A stretch of DNA of 63,883 nucleotides, filler included, from Octopus bimaculoides (GCF_001194135.2; 7 parts of 6 records of this genome joined end to end with filler, not necessarily neighbours in it); one strand, 5' to 3'. Counted from the first letter of the whole stretch, positions 1-12,400 are shown. The notes: a model not told the origin generated them from the letters alone. Program-made: numbers and translations.

Positions 1-79
1 CAGTCCTCAGTCAAATCGTCCAACCCATGCTAGCATGGAAAGCGGACGTTAAACGATGATGATGATGATATATATAACC

Positions 80-280
80 AAAAGAATGAAGAACAAACAC
101 GTAAAAACAACAATGCGAAGACGTGGTACATGTGAAGTATTAGCAGTTGCTCAGGGAAAGAAAGGCAGGTGCTGTAATGTTTCGAGCAAAGCTCTTCTTC
201 TGAAAGAGAAAAGTCCAATAGAAAAGGAAGATGGAAGAAGAAAAAAAAATCGCCGATTCACATGTGGTTACATTTTGAAA
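80..280 (-). mobile_element. PLE-type repeat remnant, homologous to 25590-25735, with a decayed hammerhead (CAGAAGA...GAAAC-AUU)
   Basis: Reverse complement aligns with 25598-25735 over about 130 nt. Confidence 0.55.
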
Positions 281-290
281 TGTGTGTGTG

Positions 291-340
<50 letters not shown>

Positions 341-578
341 CACACACATACATATGGTGGGCTTCTTTCAGTTTTTGTCTATCAAATCCACTCACAAGGC
401 TTTGGTTGGTTTGGGGCTATAGTAGAAGACACTTACCTAAGGTGTCTTGCAATGGGACTGAACTCAAGAACACATGGTTGGGAAGCAAGCTTCTGAACCA
501 CACACTCACACATGAATGCATAAATAAACACACACACACAAGTATGGGTGTGCACAGAAACATTGATCAAGAACTTAC

Positions 579-724
579 GTCAATCAGAAGTTTCACCATA
601 TTGTTTAACACACCAAGGGATGTGTTTTCCAAGGACATCTTTGCCTGCAATAGGTACAGACCAGTTGTCAACTGGTTAACAGACACAGTTAATCGTCCAG
701 TTTTCTTCTGGGAAGCTTTGATTC
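579..724 (-). CDS. TTC37: TTC37 coding exon 10 (GIKASQKKTGRLTVSVNQLTTGLYLLQAKMSLENTSLGVLNNMVKLLID); gene continues left of the window
   Basis: 146 nt, phase 1-0, tttcag/gtaagt. The ten exons total 1137 nt = 379 codons with no stop. Confidence 0.85.
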
Positions 725-865
725 CTGAAAAATAATATATTAATTAGTTAATTATTGGACTGAGTGAAACCATATGAAGGCAGATGTGAAACTGAATAGC
801 TTTGTTGCCAACCTGAGATATGTTCCACACATACACATGTAAAGACATACCTATATACACACATA

Positions 866-1772
866 TGGGATGGTATCAAAAAGCTCCAAGACTAGTTATG
901 TTTTATAAGAAATAACTTATTTACCTAAGTTTTAACATCGTCTCCTTCGAAATAGTCACCTTGCTCAGCAATACACCTGTCCCAGCATTCCTACCACTTT
1001 TGGAATCCAGCCTGAAAGTCGTTTTCCATAAATGAGTCAAGGACCTTCTGCGATTTGCTGTGGATCTCGACAACAGTGTTAAAACAGTGGCCTTTGAGCT
1101 GCATTTTCAACCTTGGAGAAGTCCACAGGCGCTAAATCTGGTGAATAAGGCAGGCACAGAAGCAACACCAGGTTGTTTTTGGCAAGAAACTCACAAGTGA
1201 GGAGATCTAGGTGACAGGGTGCATTGTCATCATGAAGAATCCGATTCTTCAAACTCCACAGATTTGGTCACTTTTGCCAAATGTCCTCCCTCAAGCACTT
1301 CAAAACATCACAGTAGAACTCTCGATTGAAAGTCTGGTCCTGGGGGACAAATTCTTGATGCACGATAGCACATTTCCGGGGGTGACATGTGGCAGGTCTT
1401 CCAGATCACTCATCATCTTCCTGAGATATTCTTTCACTTTTGAAGCACTCATGCCACCCAAAATATTGCATACAACAACCCATCGCCATAAGTTTGTTAA
1501 AGCATGCTCAATGTCTCTGTAGCAGACTTCCCAAGTTTAGCTCAGAATTTCATGTTGGCTCTTTGTTCCTGTCCATGACAAAATCACAGGCTACAGCATA
1601 CTGATGATCACAAAAAGACACAAATTTCACAACTTGCGAAGTAAACACAGTGATGTCACTAGGCACACTGCCATATGAAGGTCTCTGCTAGCTCTCACTG
1701 TGCACACAACCATGTGCTGCCATCTGTTGGCATGCTACAGAACTAGCCTGGGAACTTTTTGATAACACCACA
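866..1772 (-). mobile_element. Decayed mariner transposon, internally deleted
   Basis: Imperfect TIRs (tggtatcaaaaagctccaagactag / ctagcctgggaactttttgataacacc) flanked by TA. Minus strand gives ...LPYSPDLAPVDF...W*ECWDRCIAEQGDYFEG, the mariner C-terminus. Confidence 0.88.
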
Positions 1773-2820
1773 TACATTAGCACACAGATGCACACACACA
1801 AACTCTTAGTGCTATAAGCATTCATATACATTCAAATGTAGACACAGACAAACACACTTCATGATCAAAAACACAACATAAATACTCTTTCTTCACACTC
1901 TTATGAAACCACCTTCTCCTTTGCCTCCACCTCCATCCCATCCATCATGATCCTCTATCTGTATCCTTTCTTATGGTCACCTTCTTGCACCTTGAGAGTT
2001 CACTCTGGAGCCCCTTCACTACCATCTTCATCTTTTCAGCTACCCCACACACCCTTATATAATGTGGGGCCACCATGCATCTTCTCTCTCTCTGTAGCAA
2101 GACACCTGTGCTTGTCCCTCTATCATATTTTAACCCCTCAACACCTGGCATAAAGCAACCCCCCACCACTTCCAAATACTCTCCCCCACATATACACAAA
2201 CTTAGTCAAGGATTTATTCCTGCACTTTTTCTGATTTGCAAGTTACTTATTGATTTTTGCATGTTCAATTCCAACATCAAGGCCATTCTTCTTTACGGGT
2301 CACTAAATTTGGAGGGTCACCAACGCCATAAAGAGCAAGCTACAGGCCTTTGTCACCAAATGTCTATGCTACATTCTCAAGATCTGGTGGTTGGGCAAAA
2401 TTTCAAAGAAAAGTCTGAGTGATCAGGAGCAACATGAAAAAATACGCAGCTAGTCCAGGAATTGAAACCACAATCTCATGATCATAAGCGCAACATCCTA
2501 ACCACTATACCACACATGATCACGAATATAGATGTAGTACTGGACTAAACACACATGCATACATACAGGCACAAAGATATAGTATTGGACCTCACAAGGA
2601 TAGTGATGGACAGAGAACCAAAACAAGTAAAACAAAAAGAACAGCAAGTTTAATAGAATATTTTCAAGTGGAGGAAGAAATGGTACAGCCAAAAGGGGGT
2701 TTAGGGATTGAAAGAGAAAGAAAGGGTGTTATGGTCATATTGAAACATGATGGAATGAAAACACTGCTCCCAATGCTTGAGAAATATCAGAAAATAGAAG
2801 CAGAAGAGTAAGTTACTTAC

Positions 2821-2922
2821 CAATATTGCTGGCTTTGTCAACGAGGTTTTTATCGTGGAGGTAATATAGGGACAATGACAAGTAGTAATGAGCACAGAAC
2901 AACAGAGGATCTCGTTCCAGAC
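2821..2922 (-). CDS. TTC37: TTC37 coding exon 9 (GLERDPLLFCAHYYLSLSLYYLHDKNLVDKASNI+G)
   Basis: 102 nt, phase 1-1, ttcaag/gtaagt. TPR-like, similar to human GLKESPVCTSGWYHLAEA. Confidence 0.87.
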
Positions 2923-3349
2923 CTTGAAAAGGGAAAATGGAAACAGAAATATTTTAATAGTTATTCCAAGTCAAGTCAATATTATCAGATTAGCAGATTC
3001 ATTAGTGTTTTGGATGAAATGCCTTGCTGCATTTAGTTAGAGTTCTTTAAGGTTTGGGGTTTAGCTGTGTAACTGAAAAGCATGCAACCATGTGGTCTTG
3101 GGTCCAAACCTTAGACAAGTGTCTTCTACTATAATATTTTATAACAATTATTTAACACAAAAGAATCTACTAGTAATTCTTTTATCAAGTACTGAGTACA
3201 AAAAAAAGTACATTATTAACTAAAAAAAAAGGTGAATCACTTTAATGAGAACCTTGTACCTGGCAACTACAGCACCACACCCCACAATAATTTTCCCAGG
3301 TTCCATCTTGAGAACCATTGGTCTAACTTATGCAAACAAGGAAAAGTGG

Positions 3350-3385
<36 letters not shown>

Positions 3386-3387
3386 TA

Positions 3388-3745
3388 ATAAAGCGTGGCC
3401 AGTGCCGCTGCGTGGCCTCCATGCCGGTGGCACATAAAAAATACCATTCATGCGTAATCGTTACCAGCGACGCCTTACTGGCATTTGTGCTGGTGGTACG
3501 TGGAAAACTCCATTTGAGCGTGGCCATTGCCAGTACCGTGTGACTGGCCCTCATGCCAATGGCAGGTAAAAGCACCCACTACACTCTCGGAGTGGTTGGC
3601 ATTAGAAAGGGCATCCAGCTGTAGAAACTCTGCCGGATCAGATTGGAGCCTGGTACAGCCATCTGGCTCACTAGTCCCTAGTCAAACTGTCCAACTCATG
3701 CCAGCATGGAAAGCAGACGTTAAACAATGATGATGATGATGATGA
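3388..3745 (+). mobile_element. SINE-like family A with (GAT)n tail (other copies at 1-66, 4090-4277, 7355-7500, 8598-8752, 9455-9712, 22925-23300)
   Basis: Shared ggagtggttggcattag(g)aagggcatccagctgtagaaac...ccaac(c/t)catgc(c/t)agcatggaaagc(a/g)gacgttaaa(c)gatgat. Confidence 0.8.
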
Positions 3746-3774
3746 AATTATAGTAAATTAATATGAATACAAAC

Positions 3775-3927
3775 CTTCTCTGAAATGCTCAGTTGCAACC
3801 TTGTAGTCCTTACTGAGAATACTATACACTCCACGACATATGCTTAACACAGCTGAAGACTCATCAATAGTGGCCAGTTTTTCCATAAGTTTTTTAAAAG
3901 AATCATCAAAGCTTGGAACCAAATAAC
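3775..3927 (-). CDS. TTC37: TTC37 coding exon 8 (GYLVPSFDDSFKKLMEKLATIDESSAVLSICRGVYSILSKDYKVATEHFRE+G)
   Basis: 153 nt, phase 1-1, tgacag/gtttgt. Similar to human ...DKKYEDAVRNLTEG. Confidence 0.87.
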
Positions 3928-4389
3928 CTGTCAGATAAAAAAAAAAAGATAATTTAACTTTTTAAGAAACCAATACTTTAACAAGAAAATTATATGTAAA
4001 TAGCAAAATAAAAATGAAGGGAAAAAAACAGGGGAAGAAAATTTCTTCCTCAAATCAGACCCACTTGTGGGTACCTGATGACCTCATTGATGCTGGTGCC
4101 ATGTAAAAAGTACCCAGTACACTCTGTTAAGTGTTTGGCCAAATTAGGAAGGGCATGCAGTAGTAAAACCATGCCAATGTAGAAACAGAATCTGGAGTAG
4201 CTCTCTGGCACATCTATTCTTGTTGAACCATCCAACCCATGCCAGCATGGAAAAAAGGACATTAAATGATGATGATGTTGGTCTCTACAAAGATTCTTTA
4301 CAAAATTGCCTGACCTATTTGAAATAGCAGCCAAATTTCATTCTAATCAAATGCTGCCATCTAAAAAAACAGAAAACACATTGAATAAT

Positions 4390-4745
4390 CATCATCATCA
4401 TCATCATCATCGTCGTTTAATGGGTTGGACGATTTGACTGAAGACTGGTGAATCAGGTGGCTACACCAGGCTCCAATCTGATTTGGCAGAGTTTCTACAG
4501 CTGGATGCCCTTCCTAACGCCAACCACTCAGAGAGTGTAGTGGGTGCTTTTACGTGCCACCGGCACGAAGGCCAGTCCTGGCGGTACTAGCAACGGCCAC
4601 GCTCAAAACGGTGTATTTTACGTGCCAGTCCAGCAGCACTGGCAACGATCTCACTCGAATGTCTTTACACGTGCCAGGAAGGCGACGCTGGTAATGATCT
4701 TGCTCAAACAGTGGTGCCATCACGTTTTCACTTTCGCCTGCCCCA
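4390..4745 (-). mobile_element. SINE-like family A
   Basis: Reverse complement of the consensus. Confidence 0.8.
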
Positions 4746-4931
4746 ACAGGTCTTTGCAAAACACACAATTCTTTAAAAAGATAGGATGGCCATGGCTGGA
4801 ACATCTCTGATCATAGGTTGCTCAATATGGAGTGACCTAGAACTAAGCAACAACTAAAACGTACCACAAAAAATAGCATTTATAAAGAAAAAAATTATAG
4901 AACAAAACAACGAAAAAAAAAATCTACTGAC

Positions 4932-5043
4932 CAATTTTTGAGTCCAGTTCTATTAACAAACAATATTCTATAACGGTGCTGTTATCTGGATGAGAGTCTT
5001 TCAGTTGAGAAATTTCTGACAAGAGGAATTCTTGATCGTCATT
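4932..5043 (-). CDS. TTC37: TTC37 coding exon 7 (NDDQEFLLSEISQLKDSHPDNSTVIEYCLLIELDSKI+G)
   Basis: 112 nt, phase 0-1; poly-T tract then ctag, donor gtcagt. Confidence 0.83.
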
Positions 5044-5099
5044 CTAGAAAAAAAAAACAAAAGTAATAACAATTTGAAAACATTCAGGGATCAAATGTA

Positions 5100-5770
5100 A
5101 TGAATAAAACATACAGGTATTCGGAGTAACATATAAAACTTACAGGTGTCAAATAAGGATAAAACATACAGGTATTAAAGGGTAATGGATTAAATATACA
5201 GGTGTCAGGTATAATGGATAACACATACAAATATCTGACACTCCATTAGTTATGACAATGAGTGTTCCAGTTGATCCAATCAACAGAACAGCCTGCTCGT
5301 GAAATTAACATGCAAGTGGCTGAGCACTCCAGACACACATATCCTTAATGTAGTTCTCAGGGAGAATCAGCATGATACAGAATGTGAGAAGGCTGGCCCT
5401 TTGAAATACATGTACAACTCATTTTTGCTTGATGAGTGGACTGGAGCATTGTGAAATAAAGTGTCTTGCTCAAGGACACAATGCACTGCACGGTATTGAA
5501 CTCACCACCTTACAATCTTGGGCCAAATATTCTAACCACTAAGCCATGCACATTTGCTACAGATTTCAGGGGCAATGAATAACACATACAGGTGTTAGGT
5601 ATAATGGATAATACATAGAGGTACCAGGGATAATGGATAACACATACAGGTGTTAGGGATAATGTATAAATATATCAAATATACAGGTATCAGGGTAACA
5701 AATACAAAATATAGGTGTAATTAATAAGCATACAGTTGTCAAAGGTATGAGCTAAAACATACATTTGTCA
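5100..5770. repeat. Degenerate ~29-bp minisatellite (ggataaaacatacaggtgtca) split by SINE D
   Basis: About 5 units at 5100-5230 and about 7 at 5570-5770. Confidence 0.7.
5237..5548 (-). mobile_element. tRNA-derived SINE family D (CORE-like tgtccttgagcaagacact)
   Basis: Minus strand: A box tggcttagtgg, B box gagttcaatacc. Confidence 0.7.
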
Positions 5771-5819
5771 GTGGGCAACAGATAAAACATAAAGGTATCA
5801 GGAGTTAATATATAAAGCT

Positions 5820-6216
5820 GTCTGGCTTCTGTGCCGGTGACACATAAAAAGCACCATATGAGCGTGATCATTACTAGCATCGCCTTACTGGCACTTGTGC
5901 TGGTGGCATGTGAACAAAACATTCGAGCGAGGTCATTGCCAGTGCCGCTGGACTGACTCCTGTGCAGGTGGCACATAAAAAAACACCATTTGAGCGTGGC
6001 CATTGCCAGTAGCACCTGACTGGCCCTTGTGCTGGTGGCACATAAAAGCACGCACTACACTCTCGGAGTGGTTGGCATTAGGAAGGGCATCCAGCTGTAG
6101 AAACTCTGCCAAATCAGATTGGAGCCTGGTGCAGCCATCTGGTTCGCCAGTACTCAGTAAAATCATCCAACCCATGCTAGCATGGAAAGCAGATGTTAAA
6201 CGATGATGATGATGAT
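5820..6216 (+). mobile_element. SINE-like family A
   Basis: Consensus match by eye. Confidence 0.8.
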
Positions 6217-6977
6217 ACAAAGTTGATGAGCTGGCAGAATTGTTAGCACGCTTTGCTAAATGCTTAATGGCATTTTGTTTATATTTACATTCTGAGTTCA
6301 AATTCTGCCAAGATCACCTTTGCCTTTCATCCTTTTGGAGACAATAAAAGAAGTACTAATTGAGTACTAGGGTTGAAGTAATTGACTTAATTTCACCCCC
6401 CGAAATTGCTGGCCTTGAGCCAATATTTGAAACCAAGATATAAAACATACAGGTGTCAAGCATGTGTAAAATATGCAGATATCAGATGTAAGGAATATTA
6501 TGAAATAAGAAACTAAAAGAACACAAGAGACTTTGTTTTAACTGGAAATCAAACCAAGAAGAATGTTCAGGAATGTGAGCCACAATGTCAGTCAACGATT
6601 TATATCTTAACACCATTTTCCTTTCTGTGTCAGGTCAATAGAATAACAATAGCAAAGACTAAAACTGGTGACATCACATCAATGTGACAAGGGTTGCAGA
6701 GTTGAGGCACAAGAGTGTGTGTGTGTGTGTGCGCGCGCGCACTTTTGTACCTGTGTTAGACACCTACTGCTTGAGAACAGGTGTTGGTTTGTTTATGCCT
6801 CTGTAACTTGGCAAAAGAGACTTAGAGAATAAGCACCAGACTTGAAATATAAGCACTGGAATCAGTCAATCAAATTAGAGACTCGTTTCTGAACCCAGTC
6901 GAGGAGATCCAAGTGACATTTATTAGACTAACCAGTTAGTCTTTTATTTTTGGACTTTATTAGACTTACACACTTAC

Positions 6978-7073
6978 CTTTAATAAACTGAATATATAAT
7001 TAGCTGCCAGCCATTTCTTGTCGTCAGCAGGTAAGTCCTTGTTATCCAGTGCTTTGCGATAGTTGGAAATAAG
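6978..7073 (-). CDS. TTC37: TTC37 coding exon 6 (LISNYRKALDNKDLPADDKKWLAANYIFSLLK)
   Basis: 96 nt, phase 0-0, ttccaag/gtaagt. Similar to human LFTAFENALG...FIQSLSK. Confidence 0.85.
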
Positions 7074-7411
7074 CTTGGAAATAAGCAAAGCAAAAAATCT
7101 TTATTGAAGAATTTTAAAATAAAAAGTGAAGGAAAGATAAAGGCTCAAAGCAGTCCCCATATTAAGAAATCTAGGTAGTAATTCTATAATTCTGTCTTCT
7201 TAAAAAATGGTTACAATTTGTCACCTTTTAGATATATAGTTTCTATATAAAAGTCCTTGTTTTTTTTTTAGCTTCAAGTCAGTCCTGATCTACTAGATCT
7301 GATTAAAGTCATTCCAGTCATGACCACCCCATTTGTTTTTATTTTATACAGTATTAAGAGGGCATCCAGCCATAGAAACCATGCCAAAGCAGACAATGGA
7401 GCTTTGTGCGG

Positions 7412-7468
7412 CCCTCTGGCTCACCAGCTCCTCTGGCTCACCAGCTCCTCTGGCTCACCAGCTCCTCT
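7412..7468. repeat. 17-bp tandem repeat x3 (cctctggctcaccagct) inside a SINE A copy
   Basis: Read directly. Confidence 0.9.
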
Positions 7469-7860
7469 TGAACCATCCAACCCATGCCAGCATGGAAAAC
7501 AGAATTACAATATATGAAAATTGATGTACTTAGTCAGATTTATTATAATTGCTAAATAAAATACATCTTCATTACCTAAACTAAGCAAAAAGTAAATTTG
7601 AAAGTGCCCATTGAAATTTACATGTTTAGACTGTAAAATCAGCATTGTGGTAGTTACACAATCATAAAAAAATGTGTATATTGTACAAAAATAAATATAG
7701 TAAGTTGTTCTGGTCTACTTCCTCATCATTTTGAAAATAAGATTTAGGACTGAGCCATGTCAGCTGACTGTGATATTATTGATGAAAATAAACCAGAATC
7801 AACAAGAAGGCGCTTTGATAAATAACAGAGAAATGCTTTAATTAGAACCAAGATACTCAC

Positions 7861-7989
7861 AACATTTCCATATTGTTCAGATATATCTTTATGTTTGTTG
7901 AGAAGTTGTGACATGTCTTGGAGTAGTTTGACACTCTCGGTAGAAGACTCACCAGATAAACACAGAAGTTTCTGATAGACAGGAATGGC
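7861..7989 (-). CDS. TTC37: TTC37 coding exon 5 (AIPVYQKLLCLSGESSTESVKLLQDMSQLLNKHKDISEQYGNV)
   Basis: 129 nt, phase 0-0, ttacag/gtgagt; lies inside ORF 7744-8013. Confidence 0.87.
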
Positions 7990-8443
7990 CTGTAAGAATA
8001 TGAAGAAGAACACAATGAAGAGTTATCTTTGCCTTTTATCTTTCACTTGTTTCAGTCATTAGTCTGTGGCCATGTTGGGGCACTACCTTGAAGAATTTTT
8101 TTGGGGGGGTTAAATGAATCGACCCCAGTGGAGGTGGTGATAACAGAAATGATGGTGGTAGCAGAGATAGTGGTATTGATGATAGCGGTGGCTGTGATAA
8201 CTGATAATGTTGGTGATGGTGGTGGTGATAATGAGAGCAGTAAAAATGGTGATTGTGATTACTCTGACAATGATGATGATGATGACAACAACAACAACAA
8301 TGATGATGGTGATGACAATTGTGATAACAGTATTATTGCAACCGCTGCTATCACTAATGATGATGATGATGATGATGATGATGGTAATAGTATCGATGAT
8401 GTCTATAAGACAAGAGAGCCTTTACCAAAACCTGCCTACTCAC

Positions 8444-8516
8444 CTTCTCAACAAAACCAAACTCAGAACAGAGAGCAACATATTTCTTCAGGACTTCCAA
8501 CTGTTTGTCTTTCTCA
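8444..8516 (-). CDS. TTC37: TTC37 coding exon 4 (S-EKDKQLEVLKKYVALCSEFGFVEK)
   Basis: 73 nt, phase 2-0 restores the frame; ttctag/gtgagt. Confidence 0.85.
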
Positions 8517-8770
8517 CTAGAACAATAAAACAACAGTCCATATAACAACAACATCAACAACAACAATAATAATAATAATAATATGATAATTGTAATTACA
8601 CTCTTGGAGTGGTTGGCATTAGGAAGGGCAGCCAGCTGTAGAAACCATGCCAAATCAGATTGGAATCTGGTGCAGCCCCTCAGCTTGCCAGCCCTGGTCA
8701 AACCATCCAACCCATGCCAGCATGGGCAATGGATGTTAAATGATGATGATGAATTACAAGAAGAAACTAT

Positions 8771-9220
8771 AGGTGCAGGTATGGTTGTGTAATTAAGAAG
8801 TCCACTTTGCAACCACAGGGTTTCAGGTTCAATCCCACTGTGTGGCAACTTGGGCAAATGTCTTCTATTATACCCTTTCGAGTGAATTTGGTAGATGGAA
8901 ACTGTGTGGAAGCTAGTCGTAGGTGTGTATGTGTGTGCGTGTGGTGTGTATGTGTGTGCCTGTGGTGTGTGCAAGTGTGTGCTTGTGGTGAGTGTGTGTG
9001 TGTGTGTGCGCGCGCGCACTTTTGTACCTGTGTTAGACACCTACTGCTTGAGAACAGGTGTTGGTTTGTTTATGTCTCTGTAACTTGGCAAAAGAGACTT
9101 AGAGAATAAGCACCAGACTTGAAATATAAGCACTGGAATCAGTCAATCTGACTAAAACACTTCAAGGCAGTGCTCCAGCATGGTCGTAGTCTACTGATTG
9201 AAACAAGTAAAATATAAAAG
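8771..9220 (+). mobile_element. tRNA-derived CORE-type SINE (family B)
   Basis: A/B-box-like head, cttgggcaaatgtctt CORE-like motif, (TG)n middle, aaaaga tail. Confidence 0.8.
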
Positions 9221-10159
9221 ATTGAGATGTTTTGAGTTGTTGCTATTTAGCACCAAGACAACACCAATCAAGCAGGCCTATGATCAAAGACACTCCAGTT
9301 GTGACCACCCCATCTTCTTAAGAGCATTTAAAACTACACTAACAAATCTGCTTTTTCCTTTAAATAAAACAGTAACATGATAGTTGAGGGTGATTTGACT
9401 GTTATTTCTTGAAGATCAAGGAACCACAGAAAGGCTCCATTGCTTGTTTGATACATGCTTCAGGTGGCACATAAAAAACACCATTTGAGCGTGGCTGTTG
9501 TCATACCGCCGGACTGGCCCTCGTGCTGGTGGCACGTAAAAAGCACCCACTACACTCTCGGAGAGGCTGGCATTAGGAAGGGCATCCAGCTGTAGAAACT
9601 CTGCCAAATCAGACTGGGGCCTGGTGTAGCCATCCACTTCGCCAGTCTTCAGTCAAATCGTCCAACCCATGCTAGCATGGAAAGCAGACGTTAAATGATG
9701 ATGATGATGATGTTTAGCCTCTGGTCAACCCTGATCGAGCAAAGGTATAATCAAAGGCGTTCTAGTAGTAGCCATCCCAACTTCTTCCTCTGTACAGTAG
9801 CATAACAGGAGTGTATGCCACATGAGGTAACTCTTCAATTTGCTACTCCCTACCCTACCCACCCACTATACAGACTTCTACAGCAGACCCAAATGTGCTG
9901 CCCCCATAAAAGTACCTCGGGTGGAACACCTTCATCATTCCATCCCAGCCTTGCCACTTATTTAACATGTCCTTTTCTAAGATGGAAGGGTGTGATTTGA
10001 GAAACATTAAGCATTTAGCTGGTATTTCTACCAGATCAAGTGGAAACGTAGAGGCCACGTATTTAGCTCATTAACTGTTTCATGTGATGACTGGGAGAAA
10101 GAGATCATTATTTTACCAGGAAGTACAAAAAAATGTATTTAACAGAAAGTAAGGCAGCA

Positions 10160-10390
10160 AAGCTGGCAGAAACGTTAGCACACCAGGCGAAATGCTTAGC
10201 GGTATTTCGTCTGTCTTTACATTCCGAGTTCAAACTCCGCCGAGGTTGACTTAGCCTTTCATCCTTTCGCGGTCAATTAAATAAGTACCAGTTACACACA
10301 GGGGTCGATGTAATCGACTTAATTCCTTTGTCTGTCTTTGTTTGTCACCTCTATGTTTAGCCCCATGTGGGCAATAAAGAAATAAGAAAG
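10160..10390 (+). mobile_element. tRNA-derived SINE family C with a Deu/Nin-like domain (copies at 6228-6435+, 14350-14540-, 17720-17880-, 23720-23880-, 48880-49080-, 61540-61690+)
   Basis: gagttcaaa B-box; gccgaggt(c/t)gactt(a/t)gcctttcatcctttc...aagtaccag resembles the Nin/Deu domain as recalled. Confidence 0.65.
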
Positions 10391-10821
10391 TACACAAAAG
10401 TAGACCTCAGCCCTTTTTGCTGCAGCCAGCAAGCAAAATGAAAATTATGGGGTCACTTGACATGTTAGATACATCAGTAAAATCTCTCTCAAATCACACT
10501 CTAAAATCTTACAAAAATGAAGGTTATACCATCGTTATAATTTAATGCCCATTTGAATGGGTCAGATGGAATTTGTGGAGACAGATTTTCTTCAGCTGAA
10601 AGCTCTTCCTGTCACCAACACTCATCTGTGTCCAAGCAAAGTAATACTTTTCCCCTTTGTCAGACATGTTCTTGCAGAATACAGTAAAGAATAAGGTAAT
10701 AGGTGTATACGCATATTTCATAAGGGGGTGGGTGTAGTGCTGATGGAAGGGGCAATAACTCTTGAAATGTGCATGTATGTCTATTTGTATGAAAGATTGA
10801 ATGTTGGAAAAGAACACATAC

Positions 10822-10913
10822 CTTTCATACAAGACCTGAAGTTTTTCATAAATAGGAATCAGTTCAGTCTTGTTGTTGGATGAAGAGTTCTTCTCATAGA
10901 AACTACACAGACC
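10822..10913 (-). CDS. TTC37: TTC37 coding exon 3 (GLCSFYEKNSSSNNKTELIPIYEKLQVLYE+AG)
   Basis: 92 nt, phase 0-2, tgacag/gtatgt. Matches human GLANLYEK...VYQKLLDLYES. Confidence 0.93.
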
Positions 10914-11286
10914 CTGTCAAAGATATAGCAACAGCAAAAAATTTGAAATCTCAACATTTATGTAGGAACACATTGTTCAATGTTTCATAGAAATGGTTAC
11001 AAATATTTGAATTTCAGTCAACCATTACCTAACCCTTAAGTATTTCAGATTATTCTGTCAAATGTAATGTTTATTTATTCACACTGTTTTGAAATAATCG
11101 TGTGTTATCTCATAGCTTTGAGATTTCAATGATGTGGTTTTATATTTTCAGAATGACCTTCTCAGCTATGTGTAAAAGGCTAGATCTGGCCATTTGAACA
11201 TAAAACAGAATATTTTGACCAGATATGGACGGTTCAAATGCTAAAGAGCTAAACAAGTCATGGGCTAACTTGAATTTTTTTACAGT

Positions 11287-11454
11287 TCTATATTTAAGAG
11301 ATGAGGAATTATGTACATTATTTACATTCAACGGATATTTGTCCTCATCTTGTTTGTTGTTAACACAACGTTTCAGCTGATATACCCTCCAGCCTTCTTC
11401 AGGTGTCTTGGGGAAAATTCGAGCCTGGGTTCTCATTCCTAAGGTATTTTTCGA

Positions 11455-11511
<57 letters not shown>

Positions 11512-11550
11512 GGTCACTGTTTGAAATCGAACTTGGAATCTTGGGGTTAG
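11287..11550 (-). mobile_element. PLE-type hammerhead-bearing repeat with (ATT)n
   Basis: Near-identical to 43191-43450; contains the hammerhead motif. Confidence 0.6.
11362..11407 (-). ncRNA. Minimal type I hammerhead motif in TTC37 intron, sense strand
   Basis: Minus: GACAC-CUGAAGA-A-GGCUG(10 nt)CAGCU-GAAAC-GUU/GUGUU. Confidence 0.55.
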
Positions 11551-11989
11551 AATTGAGTGGCTGTGTGGTAAGTAGCTAGCTTACCAACCACATGGTTCCG
11601 GGTTCATTCCCACAGCGTGGCACCTTGGGCAACCCTCAAACCCATGCCAGCATGGAAAGTGGACGTTAAACGATGATGATGATGAAGGACTATGGAGATC
11701 TAGTAGAGTGAAATAAGATTCAAAGGGGCTCACAAGCATAAAATGGTTGAGAACCACTGAGTTGAACATCACCATCAGGTCCTTAGGCAGGGTCCACTCA
11801 GGTTAGGTTTCTGGCTTGCAGATATCTTCCCCCCACCCCTCTCCTACCCACCACCAAATATCAAAGACCCTACAAAAGTGTTACAAGTACTGACATACCC
11901 TTCTGATTAACTGATTTTAAAAAAAACATATAAGAAATTAAAATGTGAAAGGAATCAGAATAGAGAAGTTTTCTATTATTTCTCTCTGT

Positions 11990-12400
11990 CTTTTACTTGT
12001 TTCAGTTCTTAGACTGCGGTCATGCTGGAGTCATCACCTTGAAGGGATTAGCTGAACAATTCAACCCACGCTGCTTTTTTTTTTTTTTTAAATCTGGTAT
12101 TTATTCTATTAGTCCCTTTTTGCTAAACTACTAAGTTACAGGGATGTAAACAAACCAACACTGGTTGTCAAGCTGTGGTGGGGAACAAACACATGCACAA
12201 AGACACACAGACATAGATACATACATGTATATATATATAAGACAAGCTTCTTTCAGTTTCCATCTACTAAATCCACTTGCAAGGCTTTGGTCTGTCAAAG
12301 ACTATAGAAGACACTTGCCCAAGGTGCTATGAAATGGGACTGAACCCAGAGCCATTTGGTCGGGAAACAAACTTCTTACCACACAGTCACGCCTGTGCCT
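11990..12400 (-). mobile_element. SINE family B
   Basis: Reverse complement of the same consensus. Confidence 0.8.

Noticed and set aside
121-201. Candidate next TTC37 exon (good cag acceptor)
   Set aside because: The required phase 0 hits TAA after 19 codons with no donor, and the segment is a copy of the repeat at 25598-25735.
10542-10832. 96-aa minus ORF next to TTC37 exon 3
   Set aside because: No splice-compatible TPR-like segment; the frame is already restored by the 8444-8516 exon.
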